DNA of 57,973 bases from Candidatus Sericytochromatia bacterium (GCA_036676985.1 JAKFBU010000025.1:1-57973), one strand, 5' to 3'; shown: positions 27,561 through 38,242, counted from the stretch's first letter. Translations and numbers: made by a program. The notes: a model not told the origin generated them from the sequence alone.

Positions 27561-28875
27561 TCTTCTCTCTCCCTTCCGTCAGGTGCTTGGTGGCGTTGCG
27601 GGTGTCGACCACGACCGCGGCGTCCGCGACCACCCGCGCGTAGTCCACCGTCGAGTGGTTGGTCATGATGACGACGCAGTCCGCCCAGGCGAGGCCCTCG
27701 TCGAGGGGCACGCTCTCGTAGGTCGTGCCGTGGTGCCGGAAGCTCGGCACGTACGGGTCGTGGTAGGCGAGCTCGACCTCGTCCTGCTTCAAGATGTCGA
27801 GGAGCTTGAGGGTCGGGCTCTCGCGCCAGTCGTTGATGTCCTTCTTGTAGGCCGCGCCGAGAAGCAGGATCCGGCTGCCGAACAGGCTCTTGCGACGACG
27901 GCCCAGGGCGCGGAGGATCTTCTCGCGCACGTGGTAGGGCATCAGCACGTTGATCTCACCCGCCAGCTCGATGAAGCGGGTGTGGAAGTCGTACTCGCGG
28001 GCCTTCCATGTCAGGTAGAAGGGGTCGATGGGGATGCAGTGTCCGCCCACGCCCGGGCCCGGGTCGAAGCGCATGATGCCGAAGGGCTTGGTGTTGGCGG
28101 CCTCCACGACCTCCCAGATGCTGATGCCCATCTTGTCGCACAAGAGCGCGAGCTCGTTGACCAGGGCGATGTTCACCGCGCGGAAGGTGTTCTCGAAGAC
28201 CTTGGTCATCTCGGCGACCTTGGGGCTCGACACGGCCACCACGTGCAGGATGGTCTGCTGGTAGAAGGTCTTCGCGACCTCCAGGCAGCTCGGCGTCACG
28301 CCCCCCACGACCTTGTTGGTGTTCTTGGTGGTGTAGCGGGCGTTGCCCGGGTCCACGCGCTCGGGGCTGAAGGCCAGGAAGAAGTCCGTGCCGACCGTCA
28401 GGCCGCTCTTTTCGAGGAGGGGCAACAGGACCTCCTCGGTGGTGCCGGGATAGGTCGTGCTCTCGAGGGAGACGAGCTGGCCGGGGCGCAGCTGCGGGGC
28501 GAGCTGCTCGGCGACGTTGACGATGTACTGGATGTCCGGGTCGCGCGTCTCGGTCAGGGGGGTCGGCACGCAGATGACGACCACGTCGCAGGAGGCGAGC
28601 TCGGTGAAGTCCGTGGTCGCGCGCAGGAGGCCCTTTTCGACCAGCTCCTTGAGCTCGTCCGGCTGGACGTCGTCGATGTAGTTCTCGCCGCGGTTGACCT
28701 TGGCAACGCGCTCGGCGCTGCGATCGAAGCCCACCACCGAGAACCCGACCTTGCCCTTCTCGACGGCGAGCGGCAAGCCGACGTAGCCGATGCCGATGAC
28801 GCCAACCTTGGCGGAGCGGGTGGTGATGGCGTCGAGGAGGCGGGGCTTGGCCGCGAGGCCGGTCGTTTCCATCAT
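27547..28875 (-). CDS. UDP-N-acetylglucosamine 6-dehydrogenase (WbpA-like)
   Basis: GIGYVGLP, CVPTP, ESTTYPGTT, SPERVDPG, GGHCIPIDP. Confidence 0.93.
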   Translation of the reverse strand: MMETTGLAAKPRLLDAITTRSAKVGVIGIGYVGLPLAVEKGKVGFSVVGFDRSAERVAKVNRGENYIDDVQPDELKELVEKGLLRATTDFTELASCDVVVICVPTPLTETRDPDIQYIVNVAEQLAPQLRPGQLVSLESTTYPGTTEEVLLPLLEKSGLTVGTDFFLAFSPERVDPGNARYTTKNTNKVVGGVTPSCLEVAKTFYQQTILHVVAVSSPKVAEMTKVFENTFRAVNIALVNELALLCDKMGISIWEVVEAANTKPFGIMRFDPGPGVGGHCIPIDPFYLTWKAREYDFHTRFIELAGEINVLMPYHVREKILRALGRRRKSLFGSRILLLGAAYKKDINDWRESPTLKLLDILKQDEVELAYHDPYVPSFRHHGTTYESVPLDEGLAWADCVVIMTNHSTVDYARVVADAAVVVDTRNATKHLTEGREKIVLL

Positions 28876-29000
28876 GGGAGGTTCCTGCACGGGACGGGGA
28901 TGCTGCATGCGCCGGTGCGCATGCCCCACATTCTACACCAGCCATGGGCTTCTTGCCGTCCGTGGTAGGATCGGGGAGCATCCTACCTCTGAGGTCCCGC

Positions 29001-29753
29001 GTGCGTCAGCCCCAGTACTCTCCGAGCAAGCTCGGCGTCTATCAGACCTGCCCGCGCCAGTACTACTTCCAGTACGTGCGCAAGCTGCCCCGCCGCGCCT
29101 GGGCGAACCAGAGCTTCGGCACCTCGCTGCATCGCACGCTGCAGGTGATCCACGAGCAGGGGGGCCCGCAGGAGCAGACCCTGGAGACGGCCCAGCGCCA
29201 GCTCGAGGCCTCATGGACGAGCGCGGGCTATGACTCCAAGGCCCATGAGCAGGCCGAGCTCGAGCGCGGCAAGGAGCTCCTCGCCGCCTACTACGAGACG
29301 TGGTCCGGGGTGGACGGGACGCCCGTCCTCCTGGAGAAGCGCATGAGCGCTCCCTACAAGGGCTCGGTGCTCCTGGGCATCATCGATCGCGTCGATCGCA
29401 TGGCGGACGGCACGCTCGAGATCATCGACTACAAGTCGGGGCATGCCCCCGAGAGCGTGCGGCCCCAGACCGTGCAGCAGCTCGCCATCTACCACCACCT
29501 CATCGAGCACAAGCTTCATGAGACGCCTGCCGGCCACTCGGTCCACTACCTGGCGAGCAACGTGCGCCTCAAGGTCCAGTTCACCCAGAGCCACCTTTCC
29601 GAGGTCCTCGACGGGGTGCTCGCGACCATCCAGGCCCTCGAGGCCGATCACCGCTTCATCCCTCGGTTGGCTGCTCACTGCACCTGGTGCGATTACCAGC
29701 GGTTCTGCGACGTGGGCCGCTCGTACCGCCCCGAAATAGACGAGCAGGCGTAA
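29001..29753 (+). CDS. PD-(D/E)XK RecB-family nuclease (Cas4/AddB-like, Fe-S staple)
   Basis: SPS...CPRQY, G..LH, GIIDRVD, IIDYKSG, QLAIY, CTWCDYQRFC. Confidence 0.88.
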   Translation: MRQPQYSPSKLGVYQTCPRQYYFQYVRKLPRRAWANQSFGTSLHRTLQVIHEQGGPQEQTLETAQRQLEASWTSAGYDSKAHEQAELERGKELLAAYYETWSGVDGTPVLLEKRMSAPYKGSVLLGIIDRVDRMADGTLEIIDYKSGHAPESVRPQTVQQLAIYHHLIEHKLHETPAGHSVHYLASNVRLKVQFTQSHLSEVLDGVLATIQALEADHRFIPRLAAHCTWCDYQRFCDVGRSYRPEIDEQA

Positions 29754-29925
29754 GCCCGATCACGGCCCGGGAGCGATCGCGGGTACTGCCCCCATGTGGG
29801 TCATGGGGCATACTGGGCCCATCGCTCGTCCACCTCTCTGAGCGAACCACGAGCCCGCCGCCACACACCCGGCGGGCTCGCCCCTTTCCGGGCCTCGCCC
29901 CGACGGCCTTCGGGGCGATCCCTTA

Positions 29926-30003
29926 GAGCACCTGACAAAACCAGGCATGTGTCGCCGGTGGCCGCCTTTCGGCGGCTAGAAGGAACAGATTTGGTAGGCG
30001 CTC
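29926..30003. mobile_element. 78-bp MITE-like element, copy 1
   Basis: terminal inverted repeats GAGCACCTGACAAA / TTTGGTAGGCGCTC, TA flanks; near-identical copy at 51386. Confidence 0.7.
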
Positions 30004-30146
30004 TAAGCTAGGTTGGCTACCTTGCACAAGACCTGCGGGAGGCCCAACCGTACAATACCTCCACCCCAGAGCACCCGACAGGCCGGGCTCCGGCTTCCGG
30101 GGCCACCCGCAGGCATAACCGTCGACTCGGCCCCAAGGAGGTAGAC

Positions 30147-30689
30147 GTGCGCTGTCCGAACTGCAACTCCACCCTGATCCCCCTGGACCAAGCCAGCACG
30201 GCGGCCAATCCCTACTTGGCCCATGCGTGCCAGGAGTGCCGCTGCACGGTCGTCATGTCCTCCACCACGGGCCCCGCGTGGTCCTTTCCCTTCCTCAAGG
30301 TCCTCATCGTGGAGGACAACTTCCAGAACCGCGAGGTGCTGCAGCTCATGCTCGAGAAGCTCGGCTGCCAGGTGACGTTCGCGACCGACGCCGAGCAGGG
30401 CGTGGGCATGGCCTTCCGCGATCGCCCGGACGTCATCTTCATGGATCTGCAGCTGGAGGGCTCGCACTACGACGGACTGGAGTGCATCCGCATCCTCAAG
30501 GCCAACGAGCAGACCAAGGACATCACGGTCTTCGCCTACACGGCGGAGCCTGCGCCCTACAAGGTCATCGACGCCGTGGACGCGGGGGCGGCGGACGCCC
30601 TCTTGAAGCCCTTCAAGCGCTCGCAGCTGATCGACCTGTTGGTCCGGCACTTCAGCGCGCCGGTGGCCAAGACGCAGGTGGGGATTTAG
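30147..30689 (+). CDS. response regulator receiver with N-terminal zinc-ribbon
   Basis: CPNC...CQEC then VLIVED, FMDLQL, KPF; AAGGAGG RBS. Confidence 0.85.
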   Translation: MRCPNCNSTLIPLDQASTAANPYLAHACQECRCTVVMSSTTGPAWSFPFLKVLIVEDNFQNREVLQLMLEKLGCQVTFATDAEQGVGMAFRDRPDVIFMDLQLEGSHYDGLECIRILKANEQTKDITVFAYTAEPAPYKVIDAVDAGAADALLKPFKRSQLIDLLVRHFSAPVAKTQVGI

Positions 30690-30695
30690 TCCGCC

Positions 30696-31841
30696 CTACA
30701 CGGGCAGCGTGAACCAGAAGCGGCTGCCCTCGCCGGGCGTGCTCTCGACGCCGATGCGGCCGCCATGCGCCTCGACCAGGGCCTTGGCAATCGACAGGCC
30801 GAGGCCCGTGCCCCCGTGCTCACGCGTGAGCGCCGGGTTCACCTGAAAGAACTTCTCGAAGAGCAGGGGCACGTGCATCGCGGCGATGCCCGGTCCGGTG
30901 TCCCGCACCTCGATGCGGACCGAGCCTGGCTCCGGGCGCACCGTCACCCGGATCATGCCCGCGCGGGGCGTGAACTTGATGGCGTTGCCCACCAGGTTGT
31001 CCAGGACCTGGGAGATGCGCAGCGAGTCCCCCCAGACGCGCGGGGTCTCGGGCGCTACTAGGGCCTCCAGCAGGAGCCCGGCCTCGGCGGCTCGCGGCTC
31101 CAGGCCCCTGAGTCCCTCATGGACCAGTGACGAGAGGTCCAGCTCCTGGCGGGAGATCGTGCACGTGCCCGACTCGAGCCGGGTGATGTCCAAGAGATCG
31201 TCCACCAGCCGCTCGAGGCGCCCGGCGCTGCGCTGGATCTGGCCCACGTAGCCCCGCTGAGTCTCGCTCAGCTTGCCGCCCAGCTCGTCGAACAGGAACT
31301 CGGCGAAGCCCATGATGGTCGTGAGGGGGGTCCGCAGCTCGTGTGAGACGGTGTTCAGGAGGCTGCCCTTCATCTGATCCAGCTCCTGAAGGCGGCGGTT
31401 GGCCTCCTCGAGCTCCTCGGCCCGCCGGGCGATCTCGTCCTTGGCCTGGCGCAGCTCGGTGACGTCGCGGATGACGCCGACGACGAGGCGCCGGCCGTCA
31501 CGTAGGCGGAAGAGGGACTTCTTGGTGATGATCACGTGCTGCACGCCGAAGGCGTCGGTGAAGCGCTCTTCGTTGCTGTTGCCCTGGCCGCGGTCCAGGA
31601 CCTCCTGATCCTTTTGCCAGAAGACCTGGGCCTCTTCGGCCGGGAAGAAGTCATGGTCCGTCTTGCCGATGAGCTCGGCGCGCGGGTGCCCCATAAAGGA
31701 GCAGAACGCGTCGTTGAGCCAGAGCCAGCGATGGTCCTCATCCTTGACGAAGACCGGGTCGGCGATCGTGTTGAGGATCTGCTCGAGGGTCTCGACGGAC
31801 TCCCAGCTACGGCCGGACGCTTGCGCCCCTGTCTCGCTCAT
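30696..31841 (-). CDS. cytoplasmic PAS-domain sensor histidine kinase
   Basis: [35 protein letters not shown]. Confidence 0.95.
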   Translation of the reverse strand: MSETGAQASGRSWESVETLEQILNTIADPVFVKDEDHRWLWLNDAFCSFMGHPRAELIGKTDHDFFPAEEAQVFWQKDQEVLDRGQGNSNEERFTDAFGVQHVIITKKSLFRLRDGRRLVVGVIRDVTELRQAKDEIARRAEELEEANRRLQELDQMKGSLLNTVSHELRTPLTTIMGFAEFLFDELGGKLSETQRGYVGQIQRSAGRLERLVDDLLDITRLESGTCTISRQELDLSSLVHEGLRGLEPRAAEAGLLLEALVAPETPRVWGDSLRISQVLDNLVGNAIKFTPRAGMIRVTVRPEPGSVRIEVRDTGPGIAAMHVPLLFEKFFQVNPALTREHGGTGLGLSIAKALVEAHGGRIGVESTPGEGSRFWFTLPV

Positions 31842-32018
31842 GGTTGCCACTCCCTCTTCCTCTTGTTCCACGCAGGCGGAAGAATCCGAGCGTCGGCATG
31901 TGAAGAAAGGTTTCGCTAGCGTGGCGAGCCGACCGACTCCTGCCGGGAGACCGGTCCCTCGTGCGAGACCTCGGGCAGCCCGGTCGCGAGCGGCGCACCG
32001 GCCAGGTCGCCGTGTTGG

Positions 32019-33608
32019 CTAGAGGGTGGGCTCCTTGGAAGGCTCGGCCTCGCTCCACTCGCGGAGCAGGTGGCGCTGAACCTTGCCGTTCTTGGTCTTG
32101 GGGAGGCGGTCGGTCACGCGGACCTCATGGGGGCACTTGTGGCGGGCCAGGTGGCTCGTGCAGTGGCGGATGGCGTCCTGCGGGTCGAAGTATTCGCTCT
32201 CGGGGACGACCCAGGCGACGATGCGCTCGCCGCGCATGGGGTCGTCGGCGCCGATGACCGCGGCCTCGCGGATGGCGGGGTGGCGCTGCAGCACCTCTTC
32301 GACCTCGTAGGGGCTGATCTTGTCGCCGCCGCTCGACACGACGTCCTCCCGGCGACCGTGGAGATAGAGGTAGCCGTCGGCGTCCAGGTAGCCCATGTCC
32401 CGGGTGCGCAGCCAGTCGCCATCCATGGCATGCATGGTCTCGCTGATGGCGTTCCAGTAGCGGGCCATGGCCGCGGGCGTCTGGACCTGGACCTCGCCGA
32501 CCTCGCCCGCTTCGGCCGGACGTCCGTCGGCCATGACCCGGAGGGTGACGCCCTCGATGGCCCGGCCGACCGAGCCCTGGGCGAAGCGCGGGTCGGCGGC
32601 CTCGATGGTCGCCACGCGCGGGCCCGCCTCGACCAGGCCGTAGTTGTTGAAGATCCGGGCCTCGGGGAAGACCTTGCGGATGTGTGCCACGTCGTCGGCC
32701 CGCAGATGGGCGCCCGCGGAGCAGACGTAGCGCACCGCGCTCAGGTCCAGCTCGGCCAGGTCCTCGAGCTGGGCTAGCATGCGGAAGGTGCTCGGCATGC
32801 CCGCGAAGCTCTCGATGGCCTCGCGCTGGATCTCCTGCAGGACCGGGAAGGCGAAGGCGAGCCCCCGGAAGAGCTGTGCGGTGCCTCCGATGAGGAGGGT
32901 GGCGAGGAGCTGGGAGACGAGCGGGTAGGCGTGGTGCAGGGGCATGGCGATGGCCGTCGACGGATGCTCCTGCATGGGCAGGGTCCGGCTGACGGCCCGT
33001 GCGTTTTCGAGCAGGCCCCCGTGCGTCATGCAGACGCCGCGCGGGGCGCCGGTCGAGCCCGAGGTGTAGAGGATGGCCGCCAGGTCGCCGGGCTCCGCCG
33101 CATGGGGCTCAGGGGCCTCCTCGAAGGGCAGGTCGAAGTAGTGGATGGGCGGACGCTCGCCCTGCTCGGTCTGCCAGCTCAGCTGCTGGCGACGGGGATC
33201 CAGCCGGACGACCCGGCCCTGGCACGCCCGGATGAAGGTCTCGCGCAGGACCTCGCTCGTGGAGGCGTCGGCCATCAGGAGCTGCGCGCTCGAGTCCCGG
33301 GCCAGGCCGATGACCTCGACCTCGAGCAGGCTCGGGCTGATGGGCACGGGGATGGCGCCCAGGTGGGCGAGGGCGAAGAAGGAGACGACGAAGGAGTCGC
33401 AGGTGGGCGCCATCAAGAGGACGCGATCGCCCGTCTTCACGCCGGACTTGGAAAGCTCCTGGGCGATGCGCAGCACGCCGCGCTGCAGGGCCGCGTAGGT
33501 CCAGCGGCGGCCTTCGGAGATGAGGGCCTCCACGTGAGGCCTGCCGTCGGCTTGCCCGGCGATCAGATCGGTCAGCGATCGAAAGTCGGGCAGGTCCATC
33601 GGCGGCAT
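32019..33608 (-). CDS. class I adenylate-forming enzyme (acyl-CoA ligase-like)
   Basis: YTSGSTGAPRG, YGLVEA, LPKTKNGKV. Confidence 0.9.
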   Translation of the reverse strand: MPPMDLPDFRSLTDLIAGQADGRPHVEALISEGRRWTYAALQRGVLRIAQELSKSGVKTGDRVLLMAPTCDSFVVSFFALAHLGAIPVPISPSLLEVEVIGLARDSSAQLLMADASTSEVLRETFIRACQGRVVRLDPRRQQLSWQTEQGERPPIHYFDLPFEEAPEPHAAEPGDLAAILYTSGSTGAPRGVCMTHGGLLENARAVSRTLPMQEHPSTAIAMPLHHAYPLVSQLLATLLIGGTAQLFRGLAFAFPVLQEIQREAIESFAGMPSTFRMLAQLEDLAELDLSAVRYVCSAGAHLRADDVAHIRKVFPEARIFNNYGLVEAGPRVATIEAADPRFAQGSVGRAIEGVTLRVMADGRPAEAGEVGEVQVQTPAAMARYWNAISETMHAMDGDWLRTRDMGYLDADGYLYLHGRREDVVSSGGDKISPYEVEEVLQRHPAIREAAVIGADDPMRGERIVAWVVPESEYFDPQDAIRHCTSHLARHKCPHEVRVTDRLPKTKNGKVQRHLLREWSEAEPSKEPTL

Positions 33609-33768
33609 GAACTCCTCATGGGTGGCGGCATACGGCCGCCATGAGCTGACGGCCCTGGGATCCAGGTTAACCGATCCGGCGCACTCTGGAAAGGCCTTCG
33701 TTCTTTGGAGCCCGTCGCTTCACGATCCTTTCACGAATCGCGGCGTCGGTCGCGGGATTTCAACGTTT

Positions 33769-33787
33769 CTTAACCTTATCTTAGCTG
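33769..33787 (+). promoter_or_regulatory. OmpR/Pho-box-like direct repeat
   Basis: CTTAACCT-TAT-CTTAGCTG, 11-bp period. Confidence 0.35.
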
Positions 33788-33855
33788 TTCCTTAGGGACT
33801 TCTCGGCCGGCCGGAGGGATGATGGAGCAGGCGGGGAGCCGTCGGGAGGACTGAG

Positions 33856-34620
33856 ATGTCGCGTTCGATCGCCTGGCAGGGCTTGCTGTTGGCAGTGTTG
33901 ATGCTCTCCGGTTGCGGGGTCGAGCCCGGCACCATGGTCGACGACGGCAAGCGTCCCAAGGATCTCCAGCTGAGCCGATCCCCGCTGGGGGCGACGCCCG
34001 CGCCGAACGACGTCCAGCTGGTCAACCAGCTCCTGTCCGACGTGAACACGGTCCGCAGCACCACGCGCTCCTTGAAGTTCGACCTGACGGGGTACTTCAT
34101 CGACGAGAAGACGGCCAAGCCCGGCTCGAACTTCGCCGAGTTCAGCTTCGAGCGTCCCAACAAGACGTCCATCTCGATCAAGCAATGCAGCGACGGCAAG
34201 ATGGTGGGCACCAAGCTGGTCTGGACGGGCGGCAAGCAGATGGCCGTCAAGACCAAGTTCCTCGGCTTCTGGGTCAAGACCTCGGTGGACGTCCATGACG
34301 ACCGTGCCCGGGACCAGCGCGGCTTCTTCATCGACGAAACGGGCATCACCCCGACATTGGACACCTTGACCGACCCTCGTAACCAGGTTAAGCTGCTCGG
34401 AGTCGGGAACCTGAGCGACATTCCGGTCGCTCAGCTCGAGGTCGTCTCGCCGCGGAGCCTGCGGGGGATCAAGCGTGAAGTCTTCTTCGTGGACGGCCAG
34501 CGCAAGATCCCGATCATCCGGGAGATGTACGACCAGCAGAACCGCCTGGTCTTCCGGATTAGGATGGACCGGGTGATCATGAACCCGACCCTGCCGCCCA
34601 CCGCCTTTCAACTCGAGTAG
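33856..34620 (+). CDS. lipoprotein, LolA/MucB-like fold
   Basis: lipobox LSGC; FERPNK; C-terminal MNPTLPPTAF pattern. Confidence 0.6.
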   Translation: MSRSIAWQGLLLAVLMLSGCGVEPGTMVDDGKRPKDLQLSRSPLGATPAPNDVQLVNQLLSDVNTVRSTTRSLKFDLTGYFIDEKTAKPGSNFAEFSFERPNKTSISIKQCSDGKMVGTKLVWTGGKQMAVKTKFLGFWVKTSVDVHDDRARDQRGFFIDETGITPTLDTLTDPRNQVKLLGVGNLSDIPVAQLEVVSPRSLRGIKREVFFVDGQRKIPIIREMYDQQNRLVFRIRMDRVIMNPTLPPTAFQLE

Positions 34621-34622
34621 CG

Positions 34623-35174
34623 ATGGCCGATACGCCGGACACGACCCCGAATAGGCCATACAAGCGCGCCATGGAGCGCGTGACCTATAGCATCCCGGTG
34701 GAGATCACCGATCGGTCCGGCAGCTTCATGATCAAGGCCCGCCTCCGGGACATCTCGCCCCTGGCGGCCAAGGTGCAGTTCATCCGTCCGCCCCGCCTGA
34801 AGCCGGGCGATCAGGTGATGGTCACGATCTGGAAGAACATCCGCGCCGAGAACGCGGTGGACGCCTTCCGGGCGTCGGCGACGGTCTTCGCGTCGCGCTC
34901 CCAGGACGAGCTGGTCCTGATGTTCGACGAGCCGCGGACGCTGTTGGCCGAGGGGTTCGGCAAGTTCGTGTACGGGCCGTTGCTCCTGGCGTCCTTGAAC
35001 ACCCTCATTACGCCCAACGACCCCATTGCCGAGCTGTCGGTGGAGACCCTGCGCGAGGCGGCCCGTCGTTATGCGGACGTGGCGCGGGATGCGGGCGCGC
35101 TCCGGATCGAGCACGATCCGCGCTGGCGATCGCACCGCTACGTGCGGCCTTCGGACCGGCGGGATCGCCGCTAG
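34623..35174 (+). CDS. PilZ domain protein
   Basis: KRAMER...RDISPLAA (RxxxR plus DxS). Confidence 0.7.
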   Translation: MADTPDTTPNRPYKRAMERVTYSIPVEITDRSGSFMIKARLRDISPLAAKVQFIRPPRLKPGDQVMVTIWKNIRAENAVDAFRASATVFASRSQDELVLMFDEPRTLLAEGFGKFVYGPLLLASLNTLITPNDPIAELSVETLREAARRYADVARDAGALRIEHDPRWRSHRYVRPSDRRDRR

Positions 35175-35202
35175 GTCAATAGAATCAGAAACAGCCCCCT
35201 GT

Positions 35203-35616
35203 TCAGCGCAGCAGCAACGTATCCAGCAAGCTCGCCAGCGGGTGCTGCTGCGCCTCGTAGGGAGTGAGCACCTGCAGCTCCACCGTGCGCGTCTCACTGG
35301 TCTCCGACTTGCCGTCGGCCACCAGCTTGAAGGAGAGCGTGATCGTCCCCGGACGCACCAGGGGGAAGGTCCAGATCTCGGGCGAGACCATGGCTTGGTA
35401 CGTCACCTTGTAGGGCGGCGCGAACAGCGGACGGCCAGTGGCTTCCCAGAGCCATGTGTAGCCAGCCCGGGCGGGCAAGGACACCGAGATGCTGTGGCCC
35501 ACCACCCCGCGCAGGTGGTAGCCCGGTTGGGCAGGCGCCTCCAGGGGCTTGCCGTCCCCGGCCCACGCCGGGTACGCCAGCCCGAGCATCGTCAGCAACG
35601 CGAGCGCTGCACGCAT
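35203..35616 (-). CDS. secreted protein, chagasin/I42 inhibitor-like
   Basis: signal peptide AWA; VG.SISVSLP..AGYTW...WTF..VRPGTITL.F. Confidence 0.45.
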   Translation of the reverse strand: MRAALALLTMLGLAYPAWAGDGKPLEAPAQPGYHLRGVVGHSISVSLPARAGYTWLWEATGRPLFAPPYKVTYQAMVSPEIWTFPLVRPGTITLSFKLVADGKSETSETRTVELQVLTPYEAQQHPLASLLDTLLLR

Positions 35617-35617
35617 C

Positions 35618-36586
35618 TTAAAGGACCGCCAGGGCCTGGTTCATCCGGGCGCGGATCGTGGCCTCGTCCCACCGGATGATCTCGTCCCAGGTATAGGTGC
35701 GCCGCAGCCGCTGCATGGCGAGGAACCCCACGTAGGCCGTGGCCCGCGGCGGAAACACCAGCCCCTCGGGATGCGGCGAGTCATAGCGGCGCAACACGTC
35801 CGAGTCGGTCGACTCGAAATACGAGAGCACGGTCTGGATGAGCTCCGGGCGGTTGAGCTGCGCCTTGCGCCAGTCGTCCGCCGAGTAGCCGAGGGTCTCT
35901 TCTGCGCTGAAGCCCGAGAACTGCTCCACGGCGAAGAGCCGTGCGGCCCCTTCCTCGAAGGCCCGGTAGCCGAGACCCGAGAGGGGCTCCGGTCCGTGCA
36001 GGTCCGCGCGCAAGAGGCGGTACATGCCGCCCGCGAGCTCCAGCTCCAGAGGCACTGCCGGGGCGGCGTCCGCCGGTACGTAGAGCGTGAGCCGCTCCCC
36101 GTACCGGATGATGCTCGTCTCCGTGAGCCCGAAGCCCACGCCGAGCACGAAGGGCCGATCCAGCCTCAGCTCGCCCGGGGCGAACGCAGTCTGCAGGCGG
36201 TTGGCCAAGAGCGGGATGCTCTGCTTGAGGCGGATCTTGCGCAGCTTGATGGCCTCGACGCGCATGGGGTCGAGGACCAGGCTGCGGGTGTAGGCCGGCA
36301 GCGTGTGGTCGTAGAAGGTGCCGCGCCCGACGCGCGCAAAGACTCCGGCCTCCAGGAGCCTGGCATGCTCGGGCTCGAAGTAGGCGCGAAATGAGGCGAC
36401 CCGGTCGTTGACCGCGTACTCGGCCGTCCCGGCCCAGAAGTCCAGAAAGGGATCCGCCAGGTCGACGAGCGCGAACTCGCGGGTCCACTGGCGCCCGACG
36501 GGCGGCTCGGTGACGGCCAGCGCCGGCGGGGTCAGCCCCGGGGCGATCGCCATCAGTGCCAATAGCCAAACCAGTCGACGTGCCAA
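35618..36586 (-). CDS. secreted DUF2268-like peptidase homolog lacking HExxH
   Basis: GAGGAGG RBS before TTG; signal peptide; FEEGAA.LF; PRATAYVG. Confidence 0.45.
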   Translation of the reverse strand: MARRLVWLLALMAIAPGLTPPALAVTEPPVGRQWTREFALVDLADPFLDFWAGTAEYAVNDRVASFRAYFEPEHARLLEAGVFARVGRGTFYDHTLPAYTRSLVLDPMRVEAIKLRKIRLKQSIPLLANRLQTAFAPGELRLDRPFVLGVGFGLTETSIIRYGERLTLYVPADAAPAVPLELELAGGMYRLLRADLHGPEPLSGLGYRAFEEGAARLFAVEQFSGFSAEETLGYSADDWRKAQLNRPELIQTVLSYFESTDSDVLRRYDSPHPEGLVFPPRATAYVGFLAMQRLRRTYTWDEIIRWDEATIRARMNQALAVL

Positions 36587-36710
36587 CGGTGCCTCCTCGC
36601 TGCGCCCCCTTGCCGGGGAGCTATCATGGGGAGCATATACCACAGAATGATCGAGAACCCATTGGCCATTCGGCGCGAAGCCATGGGCGACATGAGCGAA
36701 GGAGGCCCGG

Positions 36711-37445
36711 ATGCCCCTCTTGGAAGTCCATGACCTGACCAAGCGGTTCGGAGACCTCCGCGTGGTCGACGGGATTTCCTTCTCCCTGGAGCGCGGCGAG
36801 ATGCTGGGCCTGCTCGGCCCCAACGGGGCCGGCAAGACCACGACCATCCAGATGCTCCTGGGGCTCATCACGCCCACGTCCGGCACCATCCGCATGTTCG
36901 GCATGGACCTCGCCGAGCACCGCCAGCAGATCCTGCAACGGGTCAACTTCTCGTCGACCTACGTGTCGCTTCCCTACTCGCTGACGGTGCGCGAGAACCT
37001 CCTGGTCTTCGGCCGCCTCTATGGCATCCGGAACCTGACGCGCAAGGTCGAAGAGACCATCGACCTGCTGGACCTCCGGGCCAAGGCGAACCGTCCGAGC
37101 AAGGAGCTCTCCTCGGGACAGCTCACGCGCCTGCACCTGGCCAAGGCCCTCTTGAACGATCCCGAGCTGCTCTTTCTCGACGAGCCGACGGCGAGCCTGG
37201 ATCCGGACGTGGCCGACCGGATCCGCAAGCTCCTCCTCCGGGTGCGTGCGGAGCGCCAGCTTTCCATCCTCTTCACGACCCACAACCTGCGCGAGATGGA
37301 GCAGCTGGCCGACCGGGTGGTGTTCCTGAACCAGGGCCACATCCTCGCCACGGGCACGCCACGGCAGATCGTCGAGCGCTATTCGGCCGCGGACCTGGAG
37401 GCCGTGTTCCTCAAGGTGGCAAGAGGCGAGGTGGAGGAGGACTGA
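36711..37445 (+). CDS. ABC transporter ATP-binding protein
   Basis: GPNGAGKT, LSSGQ, LDEPT. Confidence 0.95.
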   Translation: MPLLEVHDLTKRFGDLRVVDGISFSLERGEMLGLLGPNGAGKTTTIQMLLGLITPTSGTIRMFGMDLAEHRQQILQRVNFSSTYVSLPYSLTVRENLLVFGRLYGIRNLTRKVEETIDLLDLRAKANRPSKELSSGQLTRLHLAKALLNDPELLFLDEPTASLDPDVADRIRKLLLRVRAERQLSILFTTHNLREMEQLADRVVFLNQGHILATGTPRQIVERYSAADLEAVFLKVARGEVEED

Positions 37446-38239
37446 TGGCTTTGCACCGCATCTGGGCCCTGATGAGCCGCCACTTCTACGTCATCCGGCG
37501 CAACCCCATGCGCGTGGCGGAGCTCGTCTACTGGCCCCTCTTGGACCTGCTCGTCTGGGGCTTCCTGAGCATGTACCTCAGCAAGTTCGGCACGGGACTC
37601 GGCGTGAACTTCCTGGCGTTCTTCCTGGGGGCGCTCATCCTCTGGGACCTGCTCTTCCGGGCGCAGCAGGGCGTCTCCATCGCCTACCTGGAAGAGGTGT
37701 GGAGTCGCAACCTCCTCAACCTCTTCGTGAGCCCCCTGTCGGTGGGCGAGTTCCTCACGGCCACCATGCTCATCAGCCTGTCGAAGCTCGCCATCTCGAC
37801 GGTGCTCATGGCGATCCTGGCGGCCCTCTTCTACGGCTTCAACCTCCTGATCCTGGGCTGGAACCTCGTGCCCTTCGTGGTGGCCCTCCTCCTCATGGGC
37901 TGGGCGCTCGGCATCTTCACCACGGGCCTGGTGCTGCGCTTCGGCCAGGGGGCCGAGAGCCTCGCGTGGGTGCTGGCCTTCCTGTTCCAGCCCCTGTCGG
38001 CGGTCTTCTACCCGGTCTCGGTGCTGCCGCCGTTCCTGCAGCCGGTGGCCCTGTCCCTGCCGTCGACGCACGTCTTCGAGGGCATGCGCGCGGTGATCAA
38101 GACGGGCGTGCTGCCCATGCATCACCTGGTGTGGGCCATCGGCCTGGACGTCGTGTACGCGGTGGCGGCGATCGCCTTCTTCTACTGGAACTTCGGCGTG
38201 GTCAAGGACCGCGGGCTGCTCGCCAAGACCGGAGAATAG
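37445..38239 (+). CDS. ABC-2 transporter permease
   Basis: 6 TM segments, EEVWSRNL.NLF.SP, FYPV..LP. Confidence 0.92.
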   Translation: MALHRIWALMSRHFYVIRRNPMRVAELVYWPLLDLLVWGFLSMYLSKFGTGLGVNFLAFFLGALILWDLLFRAQQGVSIAYLEEVWSRNLLNLFVSPLSVGEFLTATMLISLSKLAISTVLMAILAALFYGFNLLILGWNLVPFVVALLLMGWALGIFTTGLVLRFGQGAESLAWVLAFLFQPLSAVFYPVSVLPPFLQPVALSLPSTHVFEGMRAVIKTGVLPMHHLVWAIGLDVVYAVAAIAFFYWNFGVVKDRGLLAKTGE

Positions 38240-38242
38240 AAT

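Noticed and set aside
29001-29753. Cas4-like nuclease as a CRISPR component
   Set aside because: No repeat-spacer array or other cas gene in the window; solo RecB-family nucleases are common
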